DNA of 26,850 nt, taken from IMG/VR virus record IMGVR_UViG_3300033143_002040, positions 99,712 to 126,561 of that record; one strand, written 5' to 3'. Below, piece after piece: positions 23,613 to 26,850 of this stretch. The notes beneath the pieces are model-generated. The model made no database searches. It saw only the letters and a program-made list of their open reading frames with translations, and was not told the origin of the DNA. Both the position numbers and the translations under genes were made by a program. Each line of letters begins with the position of its first letter. Position 1 is the stretch's first letter. The stretch is from a virus (lineage: Duplodnaviria > Heunggongvirae > Uroviricota > Caudoviricetes).

Positions 23613-24275
23613 ATGACTGAGAATTTACTTAACGGATTTGTCTACAGGTGGACAAATCAAATCAACTGCAAATGGTACATCGGTTCTCATAAGGGAACTG
23701 TGGATGACGGCTATCGGCATACTAGCGAAATTATGGCATTAGCTGAAGCAAAGCATGGCACAGAAAATTTCACACGCGAAATATTATTTGAGGGTGACTA
23801 CGAGAAAGATAAAATTCGTGAAGTGGAAGCGAAACTCCTTAGAGAAAATAACGCAGCACATGATAGAATGTCCTATAACAGGTCAAACATCACAGGCCCG
23901 AATTGTGTTTCAGATGAAACACGGGATAAAATCTCTCAAAATCGCGCTGGCATCAAAACAGGGCCGCTTTCTGCTGAACACATAGCAAAAATATCTGCGT
24001 CATTAACTGGTAAAAAGAGACAACCATTCACAGAAGAACACAGAACTAATATGTCAATCTCACATAAAGGCCAAGTTACATGGATGAAGGACAAAGAACA
24101 CACACAGGAAACAAAAGAATATTGGTCAAAAATAAGAAAAGGTTCTGTACCGTGGAATAAAGGTAAGACTAACATATATTCTGAAGAAACGCTTAGTCTT
24201 ATGTCAGATAAGAAACGTGGAAAGCCTTGGAGTGCTTCAAGAAGGCAAGCACAAGAGGATAAGAAACAAAAATGA
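23613..24275 (+). CDS. Free-standing GIY-YIG (Seg-like) homing endonuclease with NUMOD3 repeats, ~220 aa
   Basis: GFVYRWTN.IN.KWYIGSH, E..L......YN; H..KIS.SL.GK, FTEEH..NMS.SHKG, HTQETK, PWNKG repeats. Confidence 0.88.
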   Translation: MTENLLNGFVYRWTNQINCKWYIGSHKGTVDDGYRHTSEIMALAEAKHGTENFTREILFEGDYEKDKIREVEAKLLRENNAAHDRMSYNRSNITGPNCVSDETRDKISQNRAGIKTGPLSAEHIAKISASLTGKKRQPFTEEHRTNMSISHKGQVTWMKDKEHTQETKEYWSKIRKGSVPWNKGKTNIYSEETLSLMSDKKRGKPWSASRRQAQEDKKQK

Positions 24276-25288
24276 CAAATCAATTGTTTCAAAACGTAGC
24301 TTGTCTAACAGATGTTCATTTTGGCTTGAAACATAATAGCCGTTTGCACAACGGTGATTGTATACGTTTTATAAATTGGTTTATAAAACAAGCACAGAAA
24401 AGAAACTCTGAAACGTGTATCATGCTAGGTGATTGGCACCATCATAGGGCATCTATTAATGTTTCTACATTAAACTATAGTATGCAAGCACTATCTCTAT
24501 TAAATGATGCGTTTGATGATGTGTATTTTATTGTAGGCAACCATGATTTATATTATAAAGAAAAACGAGAACTCAATTCGATTCCGATGGCTGAGTTATT
24601 TCCTAACATACATCTCATTGATGAAATAACTAAGAAAGATGATGTTGCTATTGTTCCGTGGCTAGTAGGTGATGAATGGAAGAAAGTAGCAAAGATTAAA
24701 TCGAAATATATGTTTGGTCATTTTGAATTGCCTAAGTTTAAAATGAATGCTCACGTAGAAATGCCAGATCATAATTTGCTACATGCAGAAGACTTCCAAC
24801 ACCAAGACTACATCTTCTCTGGTCATTTTCACAAGAGACAGAACAAGGGTATTATTCATTACATCGGCAATCCTTTCGGACACAACTTTGCAGACATATG
24901 GGACTTTGATCGCGGCGCAATGTTTCTAACATGGGGCGACAAGCCTGAGTATGTTAATTGGGAACATGGTCCTAGATATATCTCAATGGATTTAAGTGTC
25001 TTGCTTGAAGATCCTGAGAAGTATCTAAATGCGCATACATATGCGAAAATTGAACTAGATGTCGATATTTCTTACGAAGAGGCAAACTTCTTACGTGAGA
25101 CATTCTTTAACAACTACGAGATACGAGAACTTAAGTTACTACCTAAACACGAAGAAACTGATTCAGATGTACTTCTCGGTGACATTAAATTTGAGACAGT
25201 AGATCAGATAGTCACAGAAAGCATACAAACAATGGATTCTACTACATTCAATGTTGATGTACTGACACAAATATATAATGACTTATGA
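24272..25288 (+). CDS. gp47: Recombination endonuclease subunit, Mre11/SbcD-like
   Basis: Phosphoesterase motifs TDVHFG, LGDWHH.R, GNHD, FGHFE, SGHFH, YIGNP. Confidence 0.95.
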   Translation: MTNQLFQNVACLTDVHFGLKHNSRLHNGDCIRFINWFIKQAQKRNSETCIMLGDWHHHRASINVSTLNYSMQALSLLNDAFDDVYFIVGNHDLYYKEKRELNSIPMAELFPNIHLIDEITKKDDVAIVPWLVGDEWKKVAKIKSKYMFGHFELPKFKMNAHVEMPDHNLLHAEDFQHQDYIFSGHFHKRQNKGIIHYIGNPFGHNFADIWDFDRGAMFLTWGDKPEYVNWEHGPRYISMDLSVLLEDPEKYLNAHTYAKIELDVDISYEEANFLRETFFNNYEIRELKLLPKHEETDSDVLLGDIKFETVDQIVTESIQTMDSTTFNVDVLTQIYNDL

Positions 25289-25520
25289 TGATTTAGTAAA
25301 AAATGAATACATAGCATATCTTATAGAAGAAGGTGGAATGTGTGTAGGAATAACTGAGCGCGGAATTGAATTAATCCCGTTCACAGATAAGAATGTTTTT
25401 ACTATGGCTACAATGACGAAGGAAGAAGGAATTGAATTACTACGTTTACTGCGACTAAGTGGTGGTATAACAGGTTTAGGAAATGCATATGTAACTTCGC
25501 ACGCGTGGTATCCAGGATAA
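25278..25520 (+). CDS. 80-aa hypothetical protein between gp47 and gp46
   Basis: Overlaps the gp47 end by 11 nt and stops 3 nt before the gp46 ATG. Confidence 0.65.
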   Translation: MTYDDLVKNEYIAYLIEEGGMCVGITERGIELIPFTDKNVFTMATMTKEEGIELLRLLRLSGGITGLGNAYVTSHAWYPG

Positions 25521-25523
25521 CTA

Positions 25524-26850
25524 ATGATAATAATTAAAAACATAGCAATCAAGAATTTTATGAGCATTGGTAATGTCACACAAAGCATAAACTTTATTGA
25601 TAAAGACCTTGTACTTGTGTTGGGTGAAAATCTTGATCTAGGAGGCAATGATTCACGTAATGGTGTAGGTAAGAGTACAATTGTCAATGCTCTATCATAT
25701 GCGCTGTATGGATCAGCACTCACTAAGATTAGAGTAGATAATCTTATCAATAAAACTAATGCGAAGAATATGATAGTGACACTGGAGTTTGAAAAGGATG
25801 GTGTAGAGTATTTGATTGAGCGTGGACGTAGGCCAAGCAAGTTTGCATTTATGATAGCTGGCACAGAATCTAATGCTGACGAAGCTGACGAAGCACAGGG
25901 TGATAATCGTGTAACACAGAAAGAACTTGAGCGTGAGATTGGCCTCAGTCATACTATGTTCAAGAACATTGTAGCTCTGAATACCTACTCAGAACCGTTT
26001 CTTGCAATGAAGGCAGCAGATCAACGAGAACTTATTGAACAACTATTAGGAATTACAAAACTTAGCGAAAAAGCAGAAGTCTTAAAGGAGAAGCTAAAAG
26101 AAACTAAGGACACTATTAAAGAAGAGGAATTTAGAATAGATGCAGTTAAAGGAGCAAACAAGCGCATTGAAAACAATGTTGAAAGCTTACGTATCAAGAA
26201 GGCAGCATGGGACACGAATCAGACAAAGCTTATTGAAGACACTAAAGCAGCCATCGGAGTCCTCGAAGGAATTGACATCGAGACCGAGATTGAGAATCAC
26301 AAAGTTCTCACAGTTATTAAAGACAAACAAACAGCCAAAGACAAAATAGATCAAACTTGTAAAACAAAGAAATTACAACTACTTGAATCTAGCCGTCGTC
26401 TACAAAAAGCATATGATGATCTAGTCGTACTTGATAGTCAAACTTGTCACACATGCGGACAAGACTTACACGACGAAGCACACAAGACACTACAAGATCA
26501 AGTAGTTGTACGCATAGATAAGCATGAAGGAGAGACATTGGGCCTCACTAAAGACATTGCTGTACTAGAACCCAAGAGCGCAGAATTAGTTATTGATGCT
26601 AAACCAAATACGTTCTACGATGATCTTGAATCAGCATACGATCATAGATCAAGCCTAGAAACTCTACAGACTACATTTGAAACTGAGTCAGAAAGAGATA
26701 ATCACTTTGTAGAACAAATTGAAACACTTGAGAAGACTGGCATACAAGTAATTGACTACACAACGATGAATGAACTGACTGTCTTACGCGATCACCAAGA
26801 CTTCTTGTTTAACCTATTAACTAAGAAGGATAGCTTTATACGTAGAAAGA
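25524..26850 (+). CDS. gp46: Recombination ATPase subunit, Rad50/SbcC-like; runs off the right edge, so absent from the ORF track
   Basis: MIIIKNIAIKNFMSIGN, Walker A GENLDLGGNDSRNGVGKST, Q-loop region, coiled coil, zinc hook CHTC at 26445-26456; open to the window end. Confidence 0.95.
   Translation, partial: MIIIKNIAIKNFMSIGNVTQSINFIDKDLVLVLGENLDLGGNDSRNGVGKSTIVNALSYALYGSALTKIRVDNLINKTNAKNMIVTLEFEKDGVEYLIERGRRPSKFAFMIAGTESNADEADEAQGDNRVTQKELEREIGLSHTMFKNIVALNTYSEPFLAMKAADQRELIEQLLGITKLSEKAEVLKEKLKETKDTIKEEEFRIDAVKGANKRIENNVESLRIKKAAWDTNQTKLIEDTKAAIGVLEGIDIETEIENHKVLTVIKDKQTAKDKIDQTCKTKKLQLLESSRRLQKAYDDLVVLDSQTCHTCGQDLHDEAHKTLQDQVVVRIDKHEGETLGLTKDIAVLEPKSAELVIDAKPNTFYDDLESAYDHRSSLETLQTTFETESERDNHFVEQIETLEKTGIQVIDYTTMNELTVLRDHQDFLFNLLTKKDSFIRRK

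Noticed and set aside
25620-25680. Walker A of gp46 interrupted by DLGGNDSR
   Set aside because: From recall, similar insertions are typical of gp46 in related jumbo phages, so treated as a lineage feature rather than novelty; an alignment would confirm.
1760-26349. Many antisense or alternate-frame ORFs (e.g. 1760-2197, 2743-3117, 4424-4798, 6236-6631, 17084-17422, 20238-20651, 23936-24292, 25283-25864)
   Set aside because: They overlap well-supported genes, lack SD or coupling and show no recognisable motifs.
1-26850. Stop-codon reassignment as in some jumbo phages
   Set aside because: Long core genes are intact in code 11, and TAA, TGA and TAG all end genes at tightly packed junctions.
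1-26850. tRNA, rRNA, introns or inteins
   Set aside because: Intergenic gaps are short with no cloverleaf or T-loop motif seen; gp55, gp47 and gp46 are uninterrupted with no intein motifs. A tRNAscan/Infernal run would confirm.

Overview
A densely coding, AT-rich window from a large T4-like myophage in the standard genetic code. The gene set (1.2-kaa baseplate wedge, ~310-aa gp55, gp46 with an insertion in Walker A) resembles RaK2/GAP32-type jumbo phages; this is recalled, not searched. (1) 1-7983, minus strand, late operon: gp25-like and gp6-like baseplate genes flanked by small ORFs. Nine small ORFs share an N-terminal M-[KR]-x-x-[ED]-I leader resembling the T4 capsid-targeting sequence, including a transglutaminase-like protein and a 47-aa Cys-rich microprotein missing from the ORF track; an ADP-ribosyltransferase-like/Zn-finger gene without the leader sits among them. 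An exact 86-bp tandem duplication frameshifts the last codons of the gp6-like gene. (2) 8090-16588, plus strand: about 31 small coupled ORFs behind a consensus sigma70 promoter, splitting the baseplate module, with a family of 6-7 paralogs ending in an ELFxxRLxG-like tail. (3) 16585-22481, minus strand: gp5-like spike, hub, gp53-like, GIY-YIG homing endonuclease, tail-tube initiator. (4) 22643-end, plus strand: gp55, a second GIY-YIG endonuclease, gp47, a small ORF and gp46 (truncated). An identical 15-bp late-promoter-like motif (TGATAAATAACAGCA) precedes both structural operons. No tRNA, rRNA or CRISPR array seen. All family calls come from motif recognition by eye.
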